Shown here piece after piece: positions 36,869 through 48,300 of a stretch of DNA of 64,000 nt. Source of the stretch: an uncultured Bacteroidales bacterium. Lineage in GTDB: Bacteria; Bacteroidota; Bacteroidia; Bacteroidales; VadinHA17. Made by a program: the position numbers and the translations under genes. Numbering within the stretch: position 1 is the first letter of the stretch; each line of letters begins with the position of its first letter. The DNA lies in contig CAWGRY010000001.1 in the NCBI GenBank assembly GCA_963825165.1, positions 116,616 through 180,615 on the forward strand, written 5' to 3'. Under the pieces are notes generated by a model, which saw only the letters and a list, made by a program, of their open reading frames with translations, was not told the origin of the DNA and ran no database searches.

Positions 36869-38344
36869 ATGGCGAAGTTTCTTACGAACAGGGAGGAAAA
36901 TTATTCACAATGGTACAATGATCTTGTGATCAAAGCTGATCTTGCCGAAAACTCAGTGGTGAGGGGGTGCATGGTCATCAAGCCTTACGGTTACGCCATC
37001 TGGGAAAAGATCCAGGCGGAGCTTGACAGGAAATTCAAGGCTACCGGGCATGTAAATGCATATTTTCCGCTTTTTATTCCCAAGTCGTTCTTCAGCAGGG
37101 AAGCTGCTCACGTGGAGGGCTTCGCCAAGGAATGTGCGGTTGTGACACACTACCGTCTCAAGCACTCGCCTGACGGTAAAGGAATCATTGTCGACCCTGA
37201 GGCGAAGCTGGAGGAAGAGCTGATTGTAAGGCCCACCTCCGAGACAATTATCTGGAACACCTATAAGGACTGGATACATTCTTATCGTGACCTCCCCCTC
37301 CTGATTAACCAGTGGGCAAATGTAGTAAGGTGGGAGATGCGTACCAGGCTGTTTCTCCGCACGACGGAATTTCTGTGGCAGGAGGGCCACACGGCTCATG
37401 CAACAATGGAGGAGGCACAGGAAGAGGCAATAAGGATGCTGGGAGTGTATTCTGATTTCGCAGAGAATTTCATGGCGCTTCCTGTGATCAGGGGGGTGAA
37501 GACAGAAAGTGAGAAATTTGCCGGAGCCATAGACACATACACCATTGAAGCTCTGATGCAGGATGGCAAAGCGCTGCAGGGCGGTACAAGTCATTTTCTC
37601 GGTCAGAACTTTGCAAAGGCATTTGATGTACAGTTCACCAACCAGGAGGGTAAGCTTGATTACGTCTGGGCTACATCATGGGGGGTGACCACCCGGCTCA
37701 TCGGTGCACTTATCATGGCTCATGCCGATAACCACGGACTGGTCCTGCCACCAAAGCTCGCCCCGATACAGGTGGTAATAATCCCGATATACAAGGGAAA
37801 TGAACAGCTGGGCAGTATCTCGGAGATAGCGACAGACCTGAAAAACCAGCTTGAGAAGGCCGGCATGTCAGTGAAATATGATGACCGTGATACTCAGAAA
37901 CCGGGGTTCAAATTCGCTGATTATGAGCTTAAGGGTGTACCTGTGAGACTCGCCATTGGTCCGCGCGATGCCGAAAACGGTACTGTAGAGGTAGCGCGGC
38001 GCGATACTCTCACCAAGGAAACGATCAGCCGTGACAACGTTGTTACATACGTCACCGGACTGATGGAAGATATCCATAAGAATATTTACAGGAAAGCGGT
38101 TGATTTCAGAACCGAAAACACGTATACTGTTGATAGCTGGGATGAGTTCCGTGAAATCATTGAGAACAAGGGAGGATTCGTAATGGCTCACTGGGATGGA
38201 ACCTCCGGCACTGAGGAGCAGATCAAAAACCTGACTAAAGCAACTATCAGGGCAATAGCCTTCGATACACCCGCTGAAGAGGGCAAATGCATCCTGACAG
38301 GTAAACCATCGCACAGGAGAGTACTCTTTGCACGGGCATATTGA
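36869..38344 (+). CDS. proS: Proline-tRNA ligase (archaeal/eukaryote-like class II type)
   Basis: 491 aa. [27 protein letters not shown] is a typical N-terminus of the short ProRS type, and class II motifs are present ([23 protein letters not shown]). Confidence 0.93.
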   Translation: MAKFLTNREENYSQWYNDLVIKADLAENSVVRGCMVIKPYGYAIWEKIQAELDRKFKATGHVNAYFPLFIPKSFFSREAAHVEGFAKECAVVTHYRLKHSPDGKGIIVDPEAKLEEELIVRPTSETIIWNTYKDWIHSYRDLPLLINQWANVVRWEMRTRLFLRTTEFLWQEGHTAHATMEEAQEEAIRMLGVYSDFAENFMALPVIRGVKTESEKFAGAIDTYTIEALMQDGKALQGGTSHFLGQNFAKAFDVQFTNQEGKLDYVWATSWGVTTRLIGALIMAHADNHGLVLPPKLAPIQVVIIPIYKGNEQLGSISEIATDLKNQLEKAGMSVKYDDRDTQKPGFKFADYELKGVPVRLAIGPRDAENGTVEVARRDTLTKETISRDNVVTYVTGLMEDIHKNIYRKAVDFRTENTYTVDSWDEFREIIENKGGFVMAHWDGTSGTEEQIKNLTKATIRAIAFDTPAEEGKCILTGKPSHRRVLFARAY

Positions 38345-38384
38345 CTGTTGATACTTAAATTGACGCCGCTGCGTTAATTGAAGG

Positions 38385-38417
38385 GTGTTTTGCCAATAAT
38401 TAATAAAACACTATTTT
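38385..38417 (+). terminator. Possible weak intrinsic terminator after proS
   Basis: GTGTTTT-N13-AAAACAC hairpin (38385-38411) followed by TATTTT. The stem is AT-rich, so stability is low. Confidence 0.25.
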
Positions 38418-38442
38418 AGGGGATTAAGTAATAATACTTGCC

Positions 38443-39156
38443 ATGGTAGATGATCCGACACAGAGGAAGATGATGATAGTCGATACCCTGAAGAACAAAT
38501 CAGTAATTAAGACAAAGGTATTTGACAACACTGCAGAAGCTTTTATGATGGTGAAGGAAATACTGAAAAATCTCTCCAGGGAGGTAAACCTCAACCTGTC
38601 AGACGTGGATCAGAGGATACGCATGGAATATACCGACAGAAGCACATTTGATGCCCAGATCAGAGTAGCCGCCGACATGCTTCTTTTCAGTATGCACTCG
38701 AACATATTCCAGTTTGACCGGGATCACCCGGCATGGAAGACTGCTTATATCCAGAAGAATAAATACAATGCCTACAGCGGTATCATCCATATCTACAACT
38801 TCCTGGCAGATTCATTCAAATATTCAAGGCTCGATGACCTCGGGTACCTTATCGCCCGCATCTTCATAAACCACGAGAATCAGTACTTCGTGGAAGGCAA
38901 GAGACAGATGGGCATGCTCTTCACCAACTATGGAAATGAGGCATTCAGTAAGGAGTCTCTTCAGAAAATTGTTTATACGGCCATAAATTACTCCCTGGAA
39001 TTCGATCTTTTGGTACCGCCATACGATACAATAAAGATCGCTTCGGTGGGTCAGGCAGAATCTAAAATACAGCATTCAAGACTGATTACGGGAAAAAGAC
39101 TGGGGTTCCAGTTCAACTCCGATGATGTCCTGGAAAGCAATTCAAGCCACCAGTGA
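38443..39156 (+). CDS. Hypothetical cytoplasmic protein (no recognisable family)
   Basis: 237-aa ORF with no signal peptide. Its stop overlaps the GTG start of the next gene (GTGA at 39153-39156), which supports real coding and co-translation. Confidence 0.6.
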   Translation: MVDDPTQRKMMIVDTLKNKSVIKTKVFDNTAEAFMMVKEILKNLSREVNLNLSDVDQRIRMEYTDRSTFDAQIRVAADMLLFSMHSNIFQFDRDHPAWKTAYIQKNKYNAYSGIIHIYNFLADSFKYSRLDDLGYLIARIFINHENQYFVEGKRQMGMLFTNYGNEAFSKESLQKIVYTAINYSLEFDLLVPPYDTIKIASVGQAESKIQHSRLITGKRLGFQFNSDDVLESNSSHQ

Positions 39157-40976
39157 ACCAATGCGCCAATAATAGTCTCTTCCCAGGATCATTAATAATT
39201 ATCTGCCTTCTTCTTGCAGGCTCTGAGCTTGATCTAACCGCACAGGAAGGCTCCAGTACGGATACCATTTCGCGTGCATTTTACGATACCCTCAGGGTAA
39301 GGTCTGAAAAACGAAAACTAACCAGCCTTCTGTATGATATGCTGTTCGTCGCACCACCTTCGGCAGGAAATGTGAGGGAGAAAATGAATAGCACATCCCG
39401 GTATGATGAATTCGAAGGCAAGGTGATCAGGACCAGGAAAGTGATAAGGCTTGATGCTTTCGGTACTGACATCGATAATCCTGTTGAATCTGATCAGTCA
39501 AGATCAGAAAAGCGGATTAACTCGACCTACACCAAAACCCGCCCGTTTGTGCTTAATCAGTACCTGATATTTCACGAAGGAGATACTGTATCATCACTCG
39601 AGATGGCAGACAATGAAAGGCTGCTGAGAGATCTGCCGTTCATTGAAGATGCACGCATCATCATCGTTCCGGCGGACAGTAACTTCGTGGATGTCGCTGT
39701 GGTTGTACGCGAAACCTATCCATACGGACTTGGCTTCCACTTCGACGGTATCCCCAGCGGGGCAGTGAAACTCTATGATAAAAACTTCGCAGGGCTTGGG
39801 CACGAACTTGCAGTGACGGTTCCGTATGACTTCGATAAATATTCATATCCGGGCTTTGGAATAAGGTATGCTGTCAGGAATATCGCACGGACCTTCTCGG
39901 ATCTTGAATTCGACTTCTCTGACGGTCTGGGCTCAACAAAATTTGGAGGGATTTACCGCAGAGGATTTACCACCTCAGAGACAAAATACGCATGGTCAGC
40001 ATCGATAAGACTGAGTTACACCTCCGAAGACCTTGATACTATGGTCACCCCATCACCTCTGCGCTTCATATACCATGATTACTGGGGAGCAAGGTCATTC
40101 ATGCTTGACCGTGAAAGCGTTACAAGGCTTATCCTTTCAGCCAGATACAACAGTAACAATGTCTTCAGGAGGCCGGCAATAGATAATAATTCATACTACC
40201 GCCTCCAGAGCTATCAACTGGTCACGGGAAGTCTTGCCATTTCGTCACAAAGATTCATCAACACCTCACTGATATACAGTTATGGAAGAACCGAGGACAT
40301 TCCGTACGGGTATATGCTTGAGATCATGGGCGGGCGGGAGTTGAATGAGTTCAAGTACAGGAATTATGCAGGACTGAAAGCATCATTCGGGAATGTTTTT
40401 ACCAGGTTCGGATACATATATGGCGGTATCAGCTTCTCGACCTTTTATAACCATGGGAACACTGAACAGGGTTTGTTCGAGGCCAGGCTAAGGTATTTCA
40501 CGCCACTGATTAAAGCCGGCGGGTCGAAGATCCGCACCTTCTTTAATCTCTATTACATCAGGGGGTTCAACAGATATACCGATGAATACCTTTATTTGCG
40601 CAATAATGATTTAATAAGGGGTTTCAGGAATGATTCAATCACAGGTAACAACAGGATTATTGCCACCTTCGAGCCTGTCCTTTTCACTGCCAGGCCCCGT
40701 CTCGGCTTCAGGTTCGCCATTTTCGCCTTTGCTGATGCCGGATTTCTTATCCGGGGACCTCTGAACTCCGGGGACTATAATCATATCTCAGCCCTGGGGG
40801 CCGGTGTAAGGATCAGAAATGACCGGCTTGTTCTGAACACGATACAAATCAGGCTGGCGTGGTATCCCAACCTGCCGCCCTACTCCGAATCGTCATGGAT
40901 TACCATTGACGGGATTGTACGCCTTAAGCCCCCCGGTTTTGAGCCTGATCCGCCGGGCGTGGTTATTTACCAGTGA
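39153..40976 (+). CDS. Omp85-superfamily outer-membrane protein (POTRA-like region plus surface-antigen barrel)
   Basis: Signal peptide after the GTG start (SLIIICLLLAGSELDLTAQ), a POTRA-like segment (FHEGDTVSSLEMADNERLLRDLPFIEDARIIIVP), the L6-loop-type motif LIRGFRND, and GAGVRIR near the C-terminus. Confidence 0.65.
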   Translation: MNQCANNSLFPGSLIIICLLLAGSELDLTAQEGSSTDTISRAFYDTLRVRSEKRKLTSLLYDMLFVAPPSAGNVREKMNSTSRYDEFEGKVIRTRKVIRLDAFGTDIDNPVESDQSRSEKRINSTYTKTRPFVLNQYLIFHEGDTVSSLEMADNERLLRDLPFIEDARIIIVPADSNFVDVAVVVRETYPYGLGFHFDGIPSGAVKLYDKNFAGLGHELAVTVPYDFDKYSYPGFGIRYAVRNIARTFSDLEFDFSDGLGSTKFGGIYRRGFTTSETKYAWSASIRLSYTSEDLDTMVTPSPLRFIYHDYWGARSFMLDRESVTRLILSARYNSNNVFRRPAIDNNSYYRLQSYQLVTGSLAISSQRFINTSLIYSYGRTEDIPYGYMLEIMGGRELNEFKYRNYAGLKASFGNVFTRFGYIYGGISFSTFYNHGNTEQGLFEARLRYFTPLIKAGGSKIRTFFNLYYIRGFNRYTDEYLYLRNNDLIRGFRNDSITGNNRIIATFEPVLFTARPRLGFRFAIFAFADAGFLIRGPLNSGDYNHISALGAGVRIRNDRLVLNTIQIRLAWYPNLPPYSESSWITIDGIVRLKPPGFEPDPPGVVIYQ

Positions 40977-41056
40977 CCATTCAGTGCACCGGCTCTTTTT
41001 TAACGTGGCAGCAGTTTATTGTGTTTCTGATTCTTAACTTTGCACAGGAAAAGAAA

Positions 41057-42373
41057 ATGTACCGGAGGTTTATCGAATATTCAAAGCAGGAACGACTGTT
41101 TACCGCAGGCACCAGGGTATTGCTTGCAGTCAGCGGAGGCATAGATTCGATGGTGATGGCTTTCCTTTTCAGGAAGGCAGGTACAGATCATGCAATAGCA
41201 CACTGCAATTTCTCTCTCAGGGACGGGGAATCTGAAGGTGATGAAAAGTTCGTTATCAGCTACGCCAAAAAAAGAAAAATTGAGTGTTTTACTACCAGGT
41301 TTGATACCCTGGGATATGCTGCCTCAAAGCACATCTCGGTTCAGATGGCAGCCCGGGAACTGCGTTACAACTGGTTTGACTCGCTTATTGAAAAGGAAGG
41401 CTTTGACTCCGTGGCCGTGGCTCATAATCTCAATGACAATATAGAAACCTTTTTCATAAACCTGATCAGGGGCACAGGGATTAACGGCCTTACAGGCATG
41501 AGCCCGCGGCATAATAATATCATCAGGCCACTGCTCTTTGCCACACGCAGCGAGATTGCCGCTTATGCTTCCGGGGAAAAAATCAAATTCCGCGAAGACA
41601 GTTCCAATGCTGAAGTCAAATATACCAGGAACAGAATAAGAATCAGGGTTTTACCGGAGATTGAGAAAGTAAATCAAAACTCTGTAGCTGCCATTACAGA
41701 AACCATGACTCACCTGAGTTCCTCTGCGAAGCTGGTCGATATTTATATTGAAAAGCTTCACTCAGAACTGTTCAGGCCGTCCGGTGACGGAATTGAAGCT
41801 GATGTCAGTGAGCTGAAGTCACTTAAACCTGCATCTCCCCACATTCATGAGCTTTTTAAAAGATACGGACTCTCATCACAGCAGACTGAAGAGCTGATCG
41901 CTCTCTTTGATTCTTCGTCAGGCAGATATATATTAACGTCGACCCACTGTTTGCTCAGGGACAGGGGCAGGATACTCATTACGGTCAGAAGTGATGATGA
42001 GCCGCCCTCATACATTTTTTCCACAGTAGATGAGATGCGGCTGTCAGGTCTCTTCACCGATCTGCGCATCACCGGACCGTCTGATGAACCCCTTCCGCGA
42101 AGCAGGCTGACAGCGTGCATAGATCTGTCGCTGGTTGATTTTCCTGTAACGGTAAGACACTGGGAACCCGGCGACAGATTTGCGCCGCTGGGAATGACAC
42201 AGCTGAAGAAAATAAGTGATTTTCTCATCGACCTGAAAGTCCCTGTGACAGAAAAGGATAAGGTGCTTCTTCTCCTTTCGGGAAACAATGTGATGTGGGT
42301 CATGGGTTACCGCATCGATGACCGGTTCAGGATTACAGACAGTACAGAGCGCATACTGATAATGACTCTGTGA
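41057..42373 (+). CDS. tilS: tRNA(Ile)-lysidine synthase
   Basis: PP-loop LLAVSGGIDSMVM and HNLNDNIETF. C-terminal TilS substrate domain (WEPGDRFAPLGM...KKISDFLID). I prefer ATG 41057 over the track start at 40973. Confidence 0.9.
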   Translation: MYRRFIEYSKQERLFTAGTRVLLAVSGGIDSMVMAFLFRKAGTDHAIAHCNFSLRDGESEGDEKFVISYAKKRKIECFTTRFDTLGYAASKHISVQMAARELRYNWFDSLIEKEGFDSVAVAHNLNDNIETFFINLIRGTGINGLTGMSPRHNNIIRPLLFATRSEIAAYASGEKIKFREDSSNAEVKYTRNRIRIRVLPEIEKVNQNSVAAITETMTHLSSSAKLVDIYIEKLHSELFRPSGDGIEADVSELKSLKPASPHIHELFKRYGLSSQQTEELIALFDSSSGRYILTSTHCLLRDRGRILITVRSDDEPPSYIFSTVDEMRLSGLFTDLRITGPSDEPLPRSRLTACIDLSLVDFPVTVRHWEPGDRFAPLGMTQLKKISDFLIDLKVPVTEKDKVLLLLSGNNVMWVMGYRIDDRFRITDSTERILIMTL

Positions 42374-42387
42374 GAGTCATCACAGCA

Positions 42388-42408
42388 CGCCGGGCCCTGG
42401 CGGTTTTT
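42388..42408 (+). terminator. Possible intrinsic terminator after tilS
   Basis: CGCCGGGCCCTGGCG short GC hairpin followed by GTTTTT. It lies in the convergent tilS/aroC junction. Confidence 0.3.
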
Positions 42409-43407
42409 CTACACCCTCTCTCTCTGTCCGTTGATGCCCCTGTCTATCATGAGCAGGTCAGCAAGGCCAATTGCTACTGCAGATTCGAGAATCACGGGAA
42501 TCCTCCTTGCTATGCAGGCATCATGTCTGCCGGTGATCTCCAGTTCGGCCATCTCGCCCTTCTCCTTGTCAAATGTCTTCTGAGGCACACCGGTGCTTGC
42601 TGCGGGTTTGACTGATACTCTCATTACAAGGTCGTTGCCATTGGTTATTCCTCCATTGATTCCGCCGGCATTGTTTGTCGAGGTTTTACCCCGGGCATCG
42701 ACGAAGGGGTCATTGTTCAGTGAGCCGTAGCTTTTTGAGGAAGCAAACCCGGCGCCAAATTCAACACCGTTAACAGCGGGAATCCCGAAGGCTATCTGCC
42801 CGAGTGCAGCCTCCACGGAGAGAAAAGACGGCTCACCAAGTCCTTTTGGAACGTTTCTTACCACACATTCAACAACGCCTCCTACAGTGTCATTTGTTTC
42901 CATTGCCCTGGCGATGGCTGCTGCAGGGTCTTTCTCCCCTCCTGCTTCAATAAGGTTTGCAGTGATGATAGCGGGTGAGAGTATCTTCCTTGCGAAATAT
43001 CCTGCTGCAACCATCCCCCATGTCAGGCGGCCGGAGAAATGCCCGCCTCCCCTCATATCACTGAAGCCCTTGTATTTGTATCCTGCTGTGAAATCGGCAT
43101 GACCCGGTCTTGGTATGCTTGAGAACTGTTCATAATCGCCGGGGCGGGTGTCTTTGTTCCTGGTGCAGATAACCAGTGGCGAGCCGGTGGTAAAATTGTT
43201 ATAAATACCGCTGATGATTTCCGGCTCATCGGATTCTTTGCGCATGGTGGTACCGGGCACCATACCCTTGCGGCGCGACAGATCAGCCATCAGCTCCTCA
43301 CGCCAGTAAGGAAGTCCGGCGGGACAGCCGTCAATAACCACTCCTACTGATGAGCCGTGTGACTCACCGAATATTGAAACCCTGAAAACAACGCCAAGTG
43401 TGTTCAT
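42409..43407 (-). CDS. aroC: Chorismate synthase
   Basis: MNTLGVVFRVSIFGESHG N-terminus, plus RPGHADF and GRHDACIARR motifs. I prefer the start at ATG 43407. Confidence 0.93.
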   Translation of the reverse strand: MNTLGVVFRVSIFGESHGSSVGVVIDGCPAGLPYWREELMADLSRRKGMVPGTTMRKESDEPEIISGIYNNFTTGSPLVICTRNKDTRPGDYEQFSSIPRPGHADFTAGYKYKGFSDMRGGGHFSGRLTWGMVAAGYFARKILSPAIITANLIEAGGEKDPAAAIARAMETNDTVGGVVECVVRNVPKGLGEPSFLSVEAALGQIAFGIPAVNGVEFGAGFASSKSYGSLNNDPFVDARGKTSTNNAGGINGGITNGNDLVMRVSVKPAASTGVPQKTFDKEKGEMAELEITGRHDACIARRIPVILESAVAIGLADLLMIDRGINGQRERV

Positions 43408-43414
43408 CTCCCTG

Positions 43415-44470
43415 TTATTTCTGTTTGATTTCCTTTTGACCTTCACTGTAAAAACTGACAAAAGCCCCTATCTCCGATACCGGCAATTTCCTGATGACAG
43501 CTTTCCCGACCGAACGCAGGAGCACGAAGCTGACATAGCCGCGCTGGCTTTTTTTATCCTTTGATATCATGCTGACTGCATTAACGGGAAGTACATGCTC
43601 CCCGGGAAAACCTGCCTGTTCAAGAACCATCTCAAAAATGCGCATTTCAGGCAGCGGAAGCTCATTCGACCACACTGACAGCCTTGAAGCGATCAGCATG
43701 CCCTCCATTACTGCAATACCATGAGGCAGGTTGTATGCCCTCTCCAGAACATGGCCGAAAGTATGCCCGAAATTGAGCAGCCTTCTCACACCTTTCTCAA
43801 GCGGGTCACGTCTGACAATACCTGCTTTTATCCTGACAGCCCTGTAAATCAGATCTTCAAGTATCAAAGGATCACGGTCATAAATACGGTCAAGCGCTGA
43901 TGAAATATCAAAGAAGAGATCCCTGTCGCGTATGATGGCATTCTTTATCAGCTCGCCAACTCCTGACTGAAACTCCTCGTCAGGAAGTGTCGAGAGCACT
44001 TTGTGATCACACAGCACAAACTCTGGTTGCCTGAAAGTACCAATGATATTTTTGTATGCTCCCAGGTTTACACCTGTCTTCCCTCCTGTGCTTGCATCGA
44101 CCTGCGAAAGGAGTGTTGTAGAGACAAAGGCGTGCCGCAGACCCCTCATATAAACCGAAGCTACCATTCCTGCGATGTCACAGACCACACCCCCGCCGAA
44201 GCCCAGGATGAAAGCCGACCGGTCTGCACCGGCTTCAAGCAGCCTGGTACACAAATCACCAATGACCGCCAGCGTCTTGCTTTCTTCTCCGGGCTGAACT
44301 GTCAGCACTTCTGCTGCCGGGAACCTGTCACCATACAAACCCCTGACATTCGTGTCAGTGATTATGAATATCCTGCAACCCGAAGGAAGTAATGCGTGAA
44401 GATCGTTCAGATCACCTCCTGTAATGATCAGTGAACTGCCAGAATCAATGTTTATCTTAATCCGTTGCAT
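43415..44470 (-). CDS. aroB: 3-dehydroquinate synthase
   Basis: 351 aa with GGGVVCDIAG, DASTGGKTGVN and LNFGHTFGH motifs. It lies immediately upstream of aroC. Confidence 0.9.
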   Translation of the reverse strand: MQRIKINIDSGSSLIITGGDLNDLHALLPSGCRIFIITDTNVRGLYGDRFPAAEVLTVQPGEESKTLAVIGDLCTRLLEAGADRSAFILGFGGGVVCDIAGMVASVYMRGLRHAFVSTTLLSQVDASTGGKTGVNLGAYKNIIGTFRQPEFVLCDHKVLSTLPDEEFQSGVGELIKNAIIRDRDLFFDISSALDRIYDRDPLILEDLIYRAVRIKAGIVRRDPLEKGVRRLLNFGHTFGHVLERAYNLPHGIAVMEGMLIASRLSVWSNELPLPEMRIFEMVLEQAGFPGEHVLPVNAVSMISKDKKSQRGYVSFVLLRSVGKAVIRKLPVSEIGAFVSFYSEGQKEIKQK

Positions 44471-44587
44471 AGGGGCGAAAAATAGTAAATAGGATAATGA
44501 ATTACCATGATTTTATTCACCTGAGTAGCCATTTTAGTCTGAAATATAAAAAAATATTACTTTCAACCCGTAATTACCGCCAATCAG

Positions 44588-45241
44588 GTGAAGATAAAGG
44601 AAAGATACAAGGGTGTGCTGGAATGGTTTGAAGTGAATATGCCTGTTGCGGTAACAGAGCTGGGCTACAGTGATCCTTTCCAGCTCATTGTTGCAACAAT
44701 TCTATCAGCCCAGTGTACCGACAAGCGTGTCAACATGATCACACCGGCCCTCTTTGAGAAGTTTCCCGATGCCGGAACAATGGCACAGGCTGCACAGGAA
44801 GATATCTTTGAGATCATAAAAAGCTGTTCATACCCCAATAACAAAGCCAGGCACCTCAAAGGCATGGCAGAGGTGATAGCAGGCCGTTTTGGCGGGGTCG
44901 TACCTTCGGAAATCGACGAACTGATGGAGCTTCCGGGGGTAGGACGCAAGACCGCCAATGTCGTCGCATCCATAGTCTGGAACAAGCCTGTTATTGCAGT
45001 CGACACCCATATTTTCAGGGTTGCAAGGCGTATCGGGTTAACCCCCGGCGCCAGGAATCCGCTGGAGGTCGAACTGAGACTGACCAGAGAGATACCCGGG
45101 GATAAAAGGCCGCTGGCCCACCACTGGTTTCTGCTGCACGGACGTTATGTATGCACTGCCCGCAAGCCGGCATGCAGCACCTGCGGTATATCAATATGGT
45201 GTTCCTACTTCAAAAAACATAAATCAGATGCAATATTATAA
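44588..45241 (+). CDS. nth: Endonuclease III
   Basis: FQLIVATILSAQCTDKRVN, helix-hairpin-helix LPGVGRKTANVV, and the C-terminal 4Fe-4S ligand pattern CTARKPACSTCGISIWC. GTG start. Confidence 0.92.
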   Translation: MKIKERYKGVLEWFEVNMPVAVTELGYSDPFQLIVATILSAQCTDKRVNMITPALFEKFPDAGTMAQAAQEDIFEIIKSCSYPNNKARHLKGMAEVIAGRFGGVVPSEIDELMELPGVGRKTANVVASIVWNKPVIAVDTHIFRVARRIGLTPGARNPLEVELRLTREIPGDKRPLAHHWFLLHGRYVCTARKPACSTCGISIWCSYFKKHKSDAIL

Positions 45242-45255
45242 ACCCTGCAGGGTTT
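45240..45255 (+). terminator. Possible terminator hairpin after nth
   Basis: Perfect palindrome AAACCC-TGCA-GGGTTT overlapping the nth stop codon. There is no long T tract. Confidence 0.3.
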
Positions 45256-45341
45256 AATAATTGTGTCAGATATAATTTATTTTTACAGGTGTTAATTCTG
45301 CCTCAATCCTGATATATTGAACGATTTAGATAGGTACTCAG

Positions 45342-48300
45342 ATGGAAAACCGCAAAGAGAAAAGAAAGGAGACTGATACTTCAACTGCTTTTCTGAATTC
45401 CCTTAAACATCTGACAGATATTCCTGAGCTGGCATTTAATTCAACAAACCAGCTCATCACCCTCAGCAACCTTGAGACGCTTGAATACATTGAGGTTAAC
45501 CAGGCCTTCCTTGATACCACAGGCTATAAAAGGGAAGAGATCATCGGCAGGACCTCGGAAGACATCCAGCTGTATGTTGACCTGGTACAGGGAAGGAAAT
45601 ACCTGAGAATGCTTACGCGTCTGAAGAGGGTAAGCGACCTGGAGGTCAGGCTTCGTATGCGTACAGGTGAGGAACGTACTTTCCTTTTCAGTGCACGAAC
45701 CTTCTTCTTCGGTGACAGCATCTACCTTATCACTTACTATAATGATATAAGTACGCTGAATGACGGGTATGCCAGGGCTGAATCAGAAAAGATCCTCAGG
45801 GAGATCTTTGATTCGATGAGCAGTTATGTCATGATCCTCAGGCGTTCTGACGACGATAAATTCTATATCATTGATTTTAACTTCCGCGCGGAGGAGGTTG
45901 AGCAGCTCGACCATGATGAGGTTCTCGGAAAGGAGATCAGCGAGACACCTCTGGGTGAACATAAAGCCCTGCTTACACTCCTTGAGAATATTCAGAAAAG
46001 AGTAGGATCGTTTAAAATACCTGTCTCGGATGACGGAAAAGATGATAACGGATATTATATCGGCCTCCTTCTTTCCTCAGGCGATATTGTAGTAACATGG
46101 GAAGCCGGTCAGCATCAGAAAGAGAGGGAAAATGAGATTCTGAAACAGGGGATTGTCTTTGAGACCTTTGCCGAGCTTCTTCCGGAGATGATCATGGAGA
46201 TTGACACCAAGGGACATGTCACTTTCATGAACACCCAGGGAATGATCACGCTCGGGTTTGACAACAACGATCTGACGAAAGGGGTTTCCCTCCCTGAGCT
46301 GTTCATGAACGAAGACCTTGACAGGCTGATGAAGGAGCTTTCCGACCTTACCAGGCCAGGGCAGATCACCTTCGATGAGTATTGTCTTCTGAACAAACAG
46401 AAACGCAGGGTCTCAGTGCTTTTTCATGCCGGACCTATTGTTATAAGGAACAGGGTCACCGGTTACAGATGCGTTCTTACCGATGTAAGCAAGCACAAGG
46501 ATTATGAGCAGAAGCTCTCAACGGAGAAGGCAATGCTCGAACATCTGATTGATGCTGCTCCTGAGGCTATCGTACTTACAGATTTCGACGGGCAGATTAT
46601 ACGTATCAACAAGGGATTCACAAACCTGTTCGGGTTTGAAGCTGAGGAGGCGCTGAACAGGATGGTTGACGATCTGATTGTCCCGGATGAGCTCAAGGAT
46701 GAAGCTGTTAAGGTAGATGAGATAGCTCTTTCACATGGTACGGAAGCCAAGGAGACTGTGAGGAGGGATAAGCAGGGAAACAAAATCAATGTATCTCTCA
46801 TCGCATCCTCCGTGATCTCCAATGACCAGACGATCGCTTTCCTGGGGATCTACCGCGATATCAGCCGTGAGATCAAAGGCCGGCTGATGCAGGAGATTCA
46901 GTATAACATATCCACTGTCGCACTGCAGGATTCCGACATCTTTGACATCTACCCTACTATTGTAAAGGAAATAAGTAAGTTATGGAATGTAAACAACTTT
47001 TTTATTGCCCTGTACAATCATGAGAAAGATACGCTGACCTTCCCGTTCTTTGCCGATGAGCTTGACCATTTCAAGGAGACCGATGCCAAAAACACTCTCA
47101 CGGGCTGGGTTATCAAGAACAACAAGGCTGTCCTGCTTGATGAAAATGACATCCTCAAAATAGAAAAAACAGGAGCCATAAGCCTGGTGGGCTCGCCATG
47201 CAAGATATGGATGGGTGTCCCGCTTAAAATGGATGATGAGGTTATTGGTGCCATATGCCTGCAGGATTACAAGAAGGTTGACGCATTCAACAACGATGAC
47301 CTCCAGGTGTTCGAATTCATCGCAAACCAGATAGTGCTCACCCTGCAGCGCCGGAAGATGCTTGACAACCTTATAACTGCACGCAAGCGAGCTGAGGAGG
47401 CTGCTTTTTCAAAGCAACAGTTCATGTCGACGATGAGCCATGAGATAAGAACACCGCTGAATGAGGTGATAGGCATTACCAACCTGCTGTACCAGAGTAA
47501 TCCGCGTGAGGACCAGATGGAATTCATCAATACGCTGCGCTTTTCGGCTAACCACCTGATGACCCTGGTCAATGATATCCTTGACTATAATAAAATGGAG
47601 GCCGGCAAGATTGTCTTCGAAAAGACAGAGTTCGATCTTGCCGCCATGCTGGAAGATGTCAAGCGATCATACAGCCACCACGCCAAAGAAAAAGGGATAT
47701 CGTTTACAGTTGAGAAATCGGCTAATCTTCCTGTATCGCTGATTGGTGATCCTGTCAGGCTGAACCAGATTATTACCAATCTCATTTCCAATGCCATGAA
47801 GTTCACCTCCGCAGGTGGTGTCTCGCTTAATGCCAGTGTAAAGGAAAAGCGTGATGGCAAGGTTGTCCTGGAATTTACCGTTACTGACACAGGCATCGGG
47901 ATCGCAAATGATAAACTGGAGGAGATTTTCGAAAGCTATGCACAGGCTTCCCCTGACACCACTCGTAAGTATGGCGGCACCGGACTTGGCCTGGCCATAT
48001 GCAAGCGTCTCGTCGATCTGCAGGGAGGCAGTTTAAGTGTATCGAGCGAGCCGGACAAAGGATCCGTCTTCAGGTTTTCAATAGAATACGGTCTGCCCTC
48101 CACAGACGCCAGGGCAACTGACAAGAGCTCCGCTGATATAATGAAGGGGCTGGTCGGGAAGAAAATACTGGTCGCCGAAGACAACAAGATAAACTTTTTC
48201 GTGGCCAATAAGTTCCTTGAAAGCTGGGGAGTGATTGTCACTCATGTTGAGAACGGAAGCCTGGCCCTTGATGAAGTAAACAAAAACCAATATGACCTTA

